From the NCBI RefSeq assembly GCF_963921235.1, contig NC_086108.1, forward strand, positions 32,676,001 through 32,740,000: a DNA stretch of 64,000 nucleotides, read 5' to 3'. Shown here in pieces: positions 11,976-22,751 of this stretch. Made by a program: the position numbers and the translations under genes. The stretch is from Mobula hypostoma. Taxonomy: Eukaryota. Under the pieces are notes generated by a model that made no database searches, was not told the DNA's origin, and was given only the letters and a program-made list of their open reading frames with translations. The first letter of the stretch is position 1; each line of letters begins with the position of its first letter.

Positions 11976-12856
11976 TGTTACGAGAATACACATAAAATTA
12001 AGATGTTTGCTGGCCTGGGCTAGCATCAGTGGCATCAGCAGTTGGTCTGCCACCTGCCCTCAGGGGAAGGAGAGATAAGGAACAATGGAGCAGCGTCTGG
12101 AGATGTGTAATGAAGGGATGTGGGAGGAAGAGCTGTCTGGAGCGGCTCCCCCCTTTGAACCCTGAACTGTTTGAAGTGATGGACAGGCGATACCCCAGCA
12201 GGGGGATAAAAAGGGACAGGTTCGCTAAGACAGACACACACGCCACCCGAGGTAACGAGACCCTGGAAGCGGTGCGCTTCTCACGAGTGGGTGAGAAGTC
12301 CCAGACAACGACAAGGGTGGAAAGGTACGATCAGCGGGAACCCGGTGTGTGTCCGCCCTTGCCTGGGTGCCGGGTTCACTGCAGAGGATCGACCGCATCT
12401 GGAGGAGGGGTCACAGTCGGTGACCTCAGGTGACATCACCAAGGACCCGCCCAAAAAGCTGTTTGTGAGCCATCTCGCTGGTCTGTGAGCCATCCTGCTG
12501 GTCTGTGAGTGAAGCCGTTCTGAATGATGAGTTGTTCCTATTCTATCTCTCTCTTCCCCCACATTGTCCACCGCCATGGCAACGATTACTGCGCACTGAA
12601 CTACTAAACTGGACTGAACTTTGAGTCATTTTGAAATTGGTCATTTACCCCTAGACAACGATAGAGCTTGATTGATGCTGTTATCTTAATTCTGTGCACA
12701 TGTGTGTTTATCATCACTGAACTGTTGCATTTATTATCCTTTCGATTACTGTGTTGCTTGTTTCCTTAATAAAACTTTCTTAGTTCTAGTACTCCAGACT
12801 CCAACTGAGTGATCCATTTCTGCTGGTTTGGCAACCCAGTTACGGGGTACGTAACA
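11976..12856 (+). mobile_element. Solo LTR related to 11065-11897
   Basis: TGTTACG...CGTAACA inverted termini, 4-bp TSD CTAT, internal blocks shared with the neighbouring LTR. Confidence 0.85.
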
Positions 12857-13254
12857 CTATGCCCTCCAGGTTCTGATTTCCCAACCCTGGGAATGAGAAT
12901 CTGTGCATAAGTTACTATTATGTTGCCTTTTGGTCTCCTCTGATCCAAGGAATGATGTCTTAGCCTGCCCAACCTGGGCTATAACTTGGGCTTCAAGTTT
13001 TATTCATTAGTAAGTCCTTTGCAAGGAAAACAAACTTGTTCTTTCCTTACCTAGTAATTTCTCCCTCTTTATCTCCCATTGTTCTATTTTCTGGAGCACA
13101 CCTGATCACATTCTTCCCCTGTCCATTTTTCTGCTGCCTGTTCTGACCCATGTGAATTCAGTACTTCATTTGCTGTGTTTTTCCTGGCTGAAAACACACA
13201 AATTGTCCCTAGTGTAGACACCAGTAATAGAACTGGCAGAGGCTGAGAGGAGAT

Positions 13255-13605
13255 CTGATAGAGGGTTACAAGGGTATGAGAAGCATAGATATAGCAGACA
13301 GACAGTATCTTTTTCCAAGGGTTGAAATATCTGATACAAGGGGGGCAATTTCAAAGGAGGTGTGAGGGATAAATTTTTTTACATGGAGGTGGGTGCCTGG
13401 GGTGGTGGTAGAGGCAGAAATATTAGAGTCTTTCAAGAGACATTTAGATAGGCACAAGGATGTGAGGAAAATGGAAGGATATGGACATTGTGTGGGCAGA
13501 GGGAATTAGTTAGGTTGCCTATCTGATTACTAATTTACTTGGATTAGCACAACATTGTGGGCCGAAGGGCCTGTTCCTGAGCTGTAATCTTCACTATTCT
13601 ATGCA
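13255..13605 (+). mobile_element. CR1 LINE 3' fragment
   Basis: GDLIE..MRSID-type RT C-terminus and CR1 3' UTR ending GGGCCGAAGGGCCTGTT. Confidence 0.65.
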
Positions 13606-14574
13606 GAGTCTGAGGGGAGTTGGTGGGAATGTGAAGAGAATATAAGATGATTAATAAAAGATTGTAGGGTGAGCTGAGCAGTCTGTATCCATGTTCTGTG
13701 ACCCAATGGCAGCATGTTGTCTCATTGTGCACACAAGCTAATTCTTATATTAAATTCCAAAGTCCAAATTCCTCCAACAGCTATCACCAGGCAACACTTA
13801 TATATAACAATTTGAAAGTTTAGGACTTGTATTTTCTTTTTGTTGAGCAATGACATAACAAAATACTTTAGACTGTGGCTCCGTGTGCTGGGTAAAGTCA
13901 GAAGTCAGAAGGCATTGTTAATTGTCTGCTTAACTACAATATATTACCACAGTTGCCCTTTGTTTGGTTTATTGAAGTGATTTACTCACCTGTCGCTGAA
14001 ATCAACAGTACCTTCAAAGTTTTCAAATTAGAGTGTTCTGGGCTGAAATGACTCCTAGCATTAATTTTAAGGGCCTTCGCAATCATCCAATATTTCTGAT
14101 TTATAGCAAATCATACACTACTCAACTGCAAAGAGGTAGTATCAACAGGAAGTGTAATGTTCCTATTGTTCCAACAGAGCAGAATAAATTTGCTGACGCA
14201 TGCATTAGAGTTATCATTAACATTATTTTAAAAGTTTTTGAGTTTTCTTGAATATTTACTGCATCTATAACTTGGCTCATTATCTGAAACTGTTGACTCA
14301 ATCTCCCCCCACCCCCGGACCCCACCTAGCTACGGATTTACAGGGCCAAACTTTGTATCAACCCTCGGACCCTCAATCAAATGAAAATGGAGAAAGCTGA
14401 TCACTGGTTGTTTTTCCATCTTGTAACTGCGCAAGTATACAGTAAATATTGGGGAAAAAAACAGTGTGGGAGGCAACAGCACCTATAATTTATATCGGTA
14501 GAGCCGGTAGACTTCTGGTTTTCTTTGCCATGTTTGTATGGTTCTTACGCACAGACCTTGGGTTTTAATTTCAT

Positions 14575-14810
14575 TTGTTTGTTTGTTTATTTATTTATTT
14601 ATTTAGAGATATAGTGAGGAACAGGCATCTCTAGCCGCATCTCCCAGCAACCCTCAGTTTACCCTGAGCCTAATCACAGAGCAATTCACAATGACCAATT
14701 AACCTACCGAGCGGTAACTTTAGACTGTGGGAAGAAACTGCAGCGCCCAGAGACAATCTGTGCATCCCATGGGGAGGACATATAAACACCTTACAGAGGA
14801 CAGGAACCGA
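14575..14810 (-). mobile_element. V-SINE-like SINE
   Basis: (TTTA)n tail on plus strand; minus strand TTCCCACAGTCTAAAG core, same family as 4888-5160. Confidence 0.6.
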
Positions 14811-15917
14811 TCCGAACTTTGGCCTCAGCTCCCATTTTACTCTTCAAATCTCAATAGCTGTGATTTTCCTGTTAATCAATAAAATTAAGAGCAGCATTGA
14901 AAACAGTTTGATCCAACCTCTACAGTTCTCTGAGTGGAAAATCCCAAAGATTCATTATTTGAGGAGAATAAATTTCCCTTCATCTTAGTCTTGAGTGGTG
15001 AACAACCTTTTTCCTGAGACTCTACCCTATTGTTCTAGACTTTGGACTGGGAGAAACATTCTTACAGTACCTATCCTGTCAAGAACTCTCGAAATTTTCC
15101 ATGTTTCAACAAGACTCTCATTCTCTAAAACTTAAGAGAGTTTTGGTCCCTATCACTCACCATTTCTTCATAAGGTAACCTCATGGCAGGAGTCTTCATT
15201 AACCTTCACCACAGAACCTGGCTATACATATGAACTATATGTTTCTGACCCAAATTGGTTTGTGGGTATATCCTTACGAACCAGTTGGGTTCAGTTGGAT
15301 TTGGCTAAGTTGTGATTTGAGAAATGGAAAAGAAAGAAAATGAGATGGGTAAATGGAGAAAGGCAAACAATGTACATGAAAGAGGTGGAGAGATGGGTTG
15401 GGGGATAGGCAAGCAGAGAGAAGGCACTGGGTCAGACTGATCTTATACCTATACAGAACTTTATTTAACTGCACTGCCTCCAAGTTGGTACATGTAGTTC
15501 TCCAGGTGTGACCATAAGTTCATAATGGTTAGGAAAAACAGCCTACTCTTATTTTCTGTTCACCCCACAATAAGGACCAACATTTAATCTGCCAATCGAC
15601 TACTTGCAAAGACTAATCTGACCTTTGGCCTCAGCTCCCATTTTACTGTTTGAATCTCATTATCCTTCATTTCCCATTGATCAATAAAATTAATTGCAGC
15701 CTTGAAGACACTGAACGATGCAACCTCCAGAGTTCCTCCATGCTAACTTTCTGCAATCCTAGCTGCACTGCACATTCTTTATAATTGCAACACTATGTTA
15801 TGCATTCTGCTTTTTTAAAAAAATCACCTTGATGTAATTGTGTATGGCATAGTCTACCTGGATGGTATGCACAACAAAAGCAACTCAGTTTATCTTAGCG
15901 CATGTGACAGTTCATTT

Positions 15918-16266
15918 GTTATGTGCCATGTCTATGATGTGGAAGATCATGATCTTTCCATGACCATGATTGTTCTTGGCAAACTTTTTTACAGAAGTAG
16001 TTTGCCATTGTATTCTGGGCAGTGTTTATACAAGACAGGTGACTCCTACCATTATTAAAATTCTTTAGCAATTGCCTGGCGTCAAGACTTGTGATATGCA
16101 CCAGTTTCTCATATAACCATTCATCACCTGCTCCCATGGCTTCACATGACCCTGATCAGGGGCTAAGCAGGTGCTACACCTTGCTCAAGAGTGAACTGCA
16201 GGCCAGTGGAGGGAAGGAGTGCCTTACTCCTTCTTTGGTAGGGACATATCTCTACCCCACCACCCA
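15918..16266 (-). mobile_element. RTE-type short non-autonomous element
   Basis: Hairpin-rich 5' end (GGTAGAGA..CTACC; AAGGAG..CTCCTT) and RTE-like 3' end (GCAAACTACTTCTGT..GCCAAGAACAATCATGG); no ORF. Confidence 0.45.
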
Positions 16267-16554
16267 ACTTGTGGCAGTAATAAACCAATATTGATTATCC
16301 TGTAGGACTTCTCTGAACAATAATCTTTATCAAAATCAGAAATGGGATTTCTAGAAATCTAAAATAATGGCAAAAAAGTGTCTGAAAGTCTCAGCAGCTC
16401 AGGCAACATCTGTGGAATGAGAAATAGTTAATTTTTCAGCTCTGGGATCCTTTGTCAGAACTGGGTATTTCATAAGTACACTTCTGACAGAGATAAATTT
16501 TCCATCAGTCATACTTCATTCCTATTTGGTATGTACAAAGATGTGATTGTAAGT

Positions 16555-17345
16555 CAAAATCAGAATCAGGTTTATTATCACTGTCTTACATAATGTTAAG
16601 TTTATTGTTTTGTAGAAGCAGTGCATGTATGGACATAAAATTACTATAAATGACAAAAAACATAGGAATAATAAGATAGTATTCATGGGTTCATAAGCCG
16701 GCTGGTGGCGTAATGGCATCAGCGCCGGACTTCGGAGCGAAGACTTCTGAGTTCGAATCCAGCCGGCTCCCTTGCACGTTTTCCATCCATGCTGGATTGA
16801 GCATTGAGCTAGCAACTCGGCCTCGTAAAAATAAGAAAGCCTGCTAAAAAAACGCCGTCATGATGGTGTCCCGATGACTCCACTCGGAGATAAGGGCTTT
16901 CTTCATCTTCTTCATTCATGGGCTCCTTGGCCTATTTAAAAATCTGATGATGAGGATAAGAAGCTGATCCTGAATCATTGAGTGCTCCTGTACCTCCTCC
17001 CCAATGGTTGTAATGGGAAGAGAGCATGTCCCGGATGGTGAAAGAATCTGCCTTCTTGAAACACTATCTCTTGAGGATGTCCTCAATGGTGGGGAAGGTT
17101 TTACCAGTGATTGAACTGGCTGAGTATACAACCCTCTACAGCCTATTGTGCTTCTGTGCATTGGAGCCTCCAGCCCTGAGTGTGATGCAACCGGTTAGAA
17201 TGTTCTCCACTGTACATCTGTAGGAATTTGCAAGTATCTTTGGTGGAATTCCAAATCTCCTTGAACTCCTAATGAAGCAGAATCTCTGGTGTGCCTTCTT
17301 TGTGACTGCATCCATGCGTTAGGCCCAGGACAGATCCTCGGAGAT
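16555..17345 (-). mobile_element. Rex1-type LINE 3' fragment, interrupted by a tRNA-SINE
   Basis: Similar to 4675-5430; (ATTCTG)n-type tail near 16560. Confidence 0.6.
16693..16913 (+). mobile_element. tRNA-Arg(TCG)-like headed SINE
   Basis: A-box TGGCGTAATGG, anticodon region GACTTCGGA, B-box GAGTTCGAATCC, (CTT)n tail, TSD ATTCATGGG(T/C)TC. Confidence 0.7.
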
Positions 17346-19514
17346 TGGCAGGCATGACTTTGTGGCTGAAAGAAGGTTATAGTTGAGAAACACATTGTAT
17401 CAAAAGGACTGGCAGGTAGGCAGAGGGGATGATGTGTCATATGATCAAAAAGGTGTAGAATCCTTGTGGGAAGAGTAAACTAACTGCAAGGGTGAAAAGA
17501 CCCTGATGGGAGTTACATATAGGCCTCTGAACAGTAGCTAGGATGTAAGCTACAAGTTACAATGGGAGATAGAAAAGACATGTTAAAAGGGCAATGTTAT
17601 GGTAGTCATGGGAAATTTCAATATGCAGGTAGATTGTAAAAATCAGGTTGATGCTGGATCCCAAGAGAGAGAATTTGTAGAAAGCTTATGAAATGGCTCT
17701 TTAGAGTAGCTTGTGGTTGAGCCCACTAGAGGAAAGGTTATTCTGGGTTCAGTGTTGTTTAATGAACTGGATTTGAGCAATGATTGTTATATGATGGAAT
17801 TCACCCTGCAATTTGAGAGGGAGCAGCCGAAGTCAGATGTATCAATATTACAGTGGAGTAAAGGAAAATATAGAGACGTGACAGAGGAGCTGGCCCGCGT
17901 TGAATGGAAGGGGACACTAGCAGGGCTGACGGTAGAGCAGCAATGGCTGGAGTCTCTGGGAGCAATTCAGAAGGTGTTGGATAGATATATCCCAAAGAAG
18001 AAGTATTCTAAAGGCAGGATGATGCAACTGTGGCTGACAAGGGAAGTCAAAGACAGCATAAAAGCAAAAGAGAGGACATGAAATAGAGCAAAATTAGTGG
18101 GAAGTTAGAGGATTGGGAAGGTTCTAAAAATGAACAGAAGACAACTACCTCTTGCCTGTCCTAACCTCAATGCCAGTGTGTGAGACCTTCGGGTCGCTGG
18201 ACTGTCTATATTGGAAAATTTCTCTTGCACAGGTGACCATGAACTCCTCAATCACACTGATGCTGGGGAGTTTCAGTCTCTTTTCTTTCTGTACAAGGCG
18301 ATGCTGCTTGGGGTCCTAGGCAGACACAGCCACCTCTGTAGATGTTGACTGATTCTGCTCTCAAAGGTCTCACTGTTGACATTGGGACATCATGAACAAT
18401 GAGAGGCACAGGTCTGAACTATATATATATATATATTATTCACATATAAAAAGAGTAAAAGAAGGGGAAGAATAGTTACCAGACCACTGGAAAATGATGC
18501 TGGAGAAGTAGTAGTAGGGGACAAGGAAATGTCTGACACATTGCAAAATACTTATTGCATCAGTCTTCACTGTGGAAGACACTAGCAGTATGCTGGAAGT
18601 TCAAGAGTGTTGGGGGCAGAAGTGAGAGCAGTTGCTAATATTAGGGAAAAGGTGCTTGGGAAGCTGAAAGGTTTGAAGGTAGTTGAGTTACCTGGACCAG
18701 ATGGACTACACCCCAGGGTTCTGAAAGAGGTAGCTGAAGAGATCATGGAGGCATTAGTAACGGTCTTTCAAGAATCAATAAATTCTGGCGGCATGGTTCT
18801 GGAGGACCGGAAAATTGCAAATCTCACTCTGAGAAGGGAGGGAGGCAGAAGAAAGAAAATTATAGGCCAATTAGCCTGACCTCAGTGTTTGGGAAGATGT
18901 TGGATTCAAATGTTGAAGATGAGATCTCAGGATACTCAAAATAGGCTAAGGTCAGCATGATTTCCTTAAGGGAAAATCTTGCCTCACAAATCTGTTGGAA
19001 TTTGAGGAAATAACAAGCAGGATAGACAAAGGAGAATTGGTGGATGTTGTGTACTTCGATTTTCAGATGGCCTTTGACACATGAAGCTACTTAACAAGAC
19101 AAGAGCCCGTGGTATGAGAGGAAGGATACTAGTGTGGATAGAGCAGTGGCTGATTGGCGGGAGGCATAGTGTTGGAATAAAGGGAACTTTTCTGTTTAGC
19201 CTGTGGTTTTCTGCAGGGGTAGGGGTTTGGCCGCTTCTTTTTACATTATATGTTAATGACTTGGATGATGGAACTGATGGCTTTGTGGCCATTTGCGGAT
19301 GATATGAAGATTGTTGGAGAGGCAGGTAGTGATTAGGAAGTGGGGAGGCTGCCAAAGGACTCAGATTAGGAGAATAGGCAAAGAGGTAGCAGATGGAGTA
19401 CAGTGTCAGGAGTGTATGATTGTGCACTTTGGTAGAATGAATAAAAGCGTAGCAACACACGTCAAAGTTGCTGGTGAACGCAGCAGGCCAGGCAGCATCT
19501 CTAGGAAGAGGTAC

Positions 19515-19550
19515 AGTCGACGTTTCAGGCCGAGACCCTTCGTCAGGACC
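19515..19550 (-). ncRNA. Minimal hammerhead ribozyme motif
   Basis: Minus strand GGTC-CTGACGA-AGGGTCTCGGCCT-GAAA-CGTC-GACT. Confidence 0.72.
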
Positions 19551-20142
19551 AACTGAAGGAAGAGTTAGTGAGAGATTTGAAAGTGGGACGGGGAGGGGGA
19601 GATCCAAAATGATAGGAGCAGACAGGAGGGGGAGGGATGGAGACAAGAGCTGGACAGGTGATAGGCAAAAGGGATACGAGAGGATCATGGGACAGGAGGT
19701 CCGGGAAGAAAGACAAGGGGGGGGGAACCCAGAGGATGGGCAAGGGGTATAGTCAGAGGGACACAGGGAGAAAAAGGAGAGTGAGAGAAAGAATGTGTGT
19801 TTTTTATTTATTTATAATTTACAATTTATTTATTTATTTATTTTTATCCCCCCCCCCCCGCCCCTCGTACCCCATCTGTTATTTATTTTTATACACACTT
19901 TCTTTCTCTCTCTCCTTTTTCTCCCTCTGTCCCTCTGACTATACCCCTTGCCCATCCTCTGGGTTTTCCCCCCTCCCTTGTCTTTCTCCCCGGACCTCCT
20001 GTCCCATGATCCTCTTGTATCCCTTTGCCTATCACCTGTCCAGCTCTTGGCTCCATCCCTCCCCCTCCTGTCTTCTCCTATCATTTCAGATCTCCCCCTC
20101 CCCCTCCAACTCTCAAATCTCTTACTAGCTCTTCCTTCAGTT

Positions 20143-20178
20143 AGTCCTGATGAAGGGTCTCGGCCTGAAACGTCGACT
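20143..20178 (+). ncRNA. Minimal hammerhead ribozyme motif
   Basis: AGTC-CTGATGA-AGGGTCTCGGCCT-GAAA-CGTC-GACT. Confidence 0.75.
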
Positions 20179-22445
20179 GTACCTCTTCCTAGAGATGCTG
20201 CCTGGCCTGCTGCGTTCACCAGCAACTTTGATGTGTGTTGCTTGAATTTCCAGCATTTGCAGAATTCCTGTTGTTTGCGTGAATAAAAGCGTAGACTGTT
20301 TTCCAAACATGAAGAAAATTCAAAAATCTGAGGTGCAAAATGACTTGGGAGTCTTCGTGCAGGATTTCCTAGAGGTTAACTTGCAGACTGAGTCAGTGGT
20401 GAGGAAGGCAAATACAATGTTAGCATTCATTTCAAAAGGACTAGAATTAAAAAAAAAGCAAGAATGTAATGCTAAGACTTTATGAGGCACTGGTGAGGCC
20501 TCACTTGGAGTGACGCAAGTATTTTTGGGCCCCGTATCTAGGAAAAGGTGTGCTAACGCTGGCGAGGGTTCAGAGGAGGATCACGAGAATGATTCCAGGA
20601 ATGAAAGGGTTATTGTATGAGAGCATTTGATGGTTCTTGTCCTGTACTGATTGGAGTTTAGAAGAGTGGTGGGGGGAAAGAGGGAAGGGGAGGACTCTCA
20701 TTGAAGCATATCAAATGCTGAAAGGCTGAGATAGAGCGGATATGAAGAGGACATTTTCTATAGTGGGCTGTGTAGGACCAGAGAGAGGGTGCAACCTCAG
20801 AACAGAGGGGGAACAGCCTCAGAATAGAGGGGGATTCCATCTAGAATGGAGATGAGGAGCAACTTCTTTAGCCAGAGTGTGGTGAATCAGTGTAATTCGT
20901 AGCCACAGGTGGCTATGGAGGCCAGGTCATTGGGTATGTTTAAGGCAGAGGTTGATAGGTTCTTGATTAGTCAGTGTGTGAAAGGTAATGGGGAGAAGGC
21001 AGGAGAATGGGGTTGAGAGAGAAAATGGATCAGCCATGATGAAATGGCAGAGCAGAGCAGACTTGCTCGGCTGAATGTCCTAATTCTGCACCTACGTCTT
21101 TTGTTCTTATTGTTGAATACTAAAAAAATTCCTACATACCATATCTTGGAAGTTGGCACCCATGTTAAGTCAGAGGACCTGGATATTCCTTTCTCAATAA
21201 TGGCTCAACACAGAAGTGTACTTCAAAATGTTACATCGAGCCACATTCTCTTGGTTCATTGCCCTGGTTTCTACATTTGGCTTCAGAAATGGAAGTTGTT
21301 GTTACAAGAGCAGTGGCAGATGGAATACAGTGTAGGAAACTGTATGGTCATCAATGAAAGAAGATCACTGCTGTGAGCTTAACACCCCAAGCTACACAGC
21401 AGACCAAAAGGACAGGCAGGCGGGAAGAGTGGTTGTGGTGGCTTTATTGTTAACAATGAAATCAAATCCTTAGAAAGAGATGACATCAGATCAGAAGATG
21501 TAGAATCCCTGTAGGTAGAGGTAAAAAACTGCAAGGGTAAAAAGACACTGTTGGGAGTTATATACAGATCTCCCAACAGTAGCCAGGTTGTGGGGTACAA
21601 ATTAAAATGGAAGACAGAAAAGACATTTAAAAAAGGACAATGTTATGATTGTCATAGTGGAGTTCAATATGCAAGTAGATTGGGTAAAACAGGCTGGAGC
21701 TGGATTGCAAGAAGGAGTTTGTATAATGCCTATGAGATGGCATTTTAGAGCAGCTTGTGGTTGAGTCCACTAGAGGAATGGCAATTCTTGATTGGATGTT
21801 GTGTAGTGAACCAGATTTAAATAGAGAATCCTATGAGGTAGTGATCATAACATGATAGAACTCACGCTGCAGAATTTATCTTAAACTTCCGGTTTAAAAT
21901 GGCCCGACTGAAGACGGGTGACAGTTTACTGGTGGTTCATAAAGCAAGAAATACAATTAAGTGCTTTATTAATGTGGGAAAATTGTGATACATGATCACT
22001 GCACCGCAAACAATGAAAAGCTGAATGAAGGTGAAGCTGACTCGAGGGTCGAGGCATGCAGGTGTAATGCAAAGTCAAAGCAAGATTGAGGAGAAGTGGT
22101 TGGAGTGAGGTGGAGGCATGTTCAAGACAGAGTTGGAGCAAGTGGAGTGGAGAAAAATCGGAGTAGAGGAGTTTCAGAGCACTTCCACCTAAATCGAGAG
22201 TGAGGTCTGATCGATTTAAACACCGGGCCGATTTGAAAAGGTTGGGTACGGGCCGGAATGTGGAGATAGAGTCCAGGCCCAGAGCATATCAATGCAACAG
22301 GGCCTGGGTCCTAGCATGGGGAGCAACCTGTTGTTTGGATAATTTAAGCGCTGGACCAGATGGTTTGAAAAGGCAGGGTGTTGGGGCCGGAGGCCAGGGT
22401 TGGGCTGGTTTTGCTTGCTGCTCCACGAAATTTACTCCACTCTCC

Positions 22446-22725
22446 ACTGAGGTGAGGCTGTGGGCCTGCTTTGGGTTTCATGTCTACAGGCTCCATGATG
22501 CTTTGTTCGGTTGTGTGATGAACTGAGGTGAGGCCGTGGGCCTGCTCTGGGTTTCGTGTCTACAGGCTCCATGATGCTTTGTTCGGTTGTGTGATGAACA
22601 GAGGTGAGGCTGTGGGCCTGTTCTGGGTTTGGTGTCTGCGGGCTTCATGATGTTTTGCTCGGCTGTGTGATGAACTGAGGTGAGGCTGTGGGCCTGCTCT
22701 GGTTGCTCCGGGCTTCGTGTCTATG
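22446..22725 (+). repeat. 76-bp tandem repeat, ~3.6 copies
   Basis: Units start at 22446, 22522, 22598, 22674 (ACTGAGGTGAGGCTGTGGGCCTG...). Confidence 0.9.
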
Positions 22726-22751
22726 GATTCTCTTTCATTCTCAATGCTGTT

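Larger units (their letters stand above)
19453..20279. mobile_element. Inverted dimer of non-autonomous PLE termini
   Basis: Minus arm 19453-19800, AT-rich spacer, plus arm ~19850-20279; 15-bp TSD TGAATAAAAGCGTAG (19438-19452, 20280-20294). Confidence 0.9.
17370..21110 (+). mobile_element. CR1 LINE ORF2, decayed, interrupted by a PLE dimer
   Basis: VEPTRGKVIL, PGPDGLHPRVLKEVAEEI, LLFTLYVNDLDDG, SVVRKANTMLAFISKGLE; CR1 3' UTR. Confidence 0.85.

Noticed and set aside
15918..16266. HDV-like ribozyme at the 5' end of the RTE-type element
   Set aside because: Hairpins are visible, but I could not assign P1/P1.1/P2/P3 or the catalytic C
16697..16770. Possible tRNA gene
   Set aside because: Anticodon stem pairs poorly; followed by a SINE body, tail and TSD
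22446..22725. CRISPR-like periodicity
   Set aside because: Whole units repeat with no unique spacers; eukaryotic context; no cas genes
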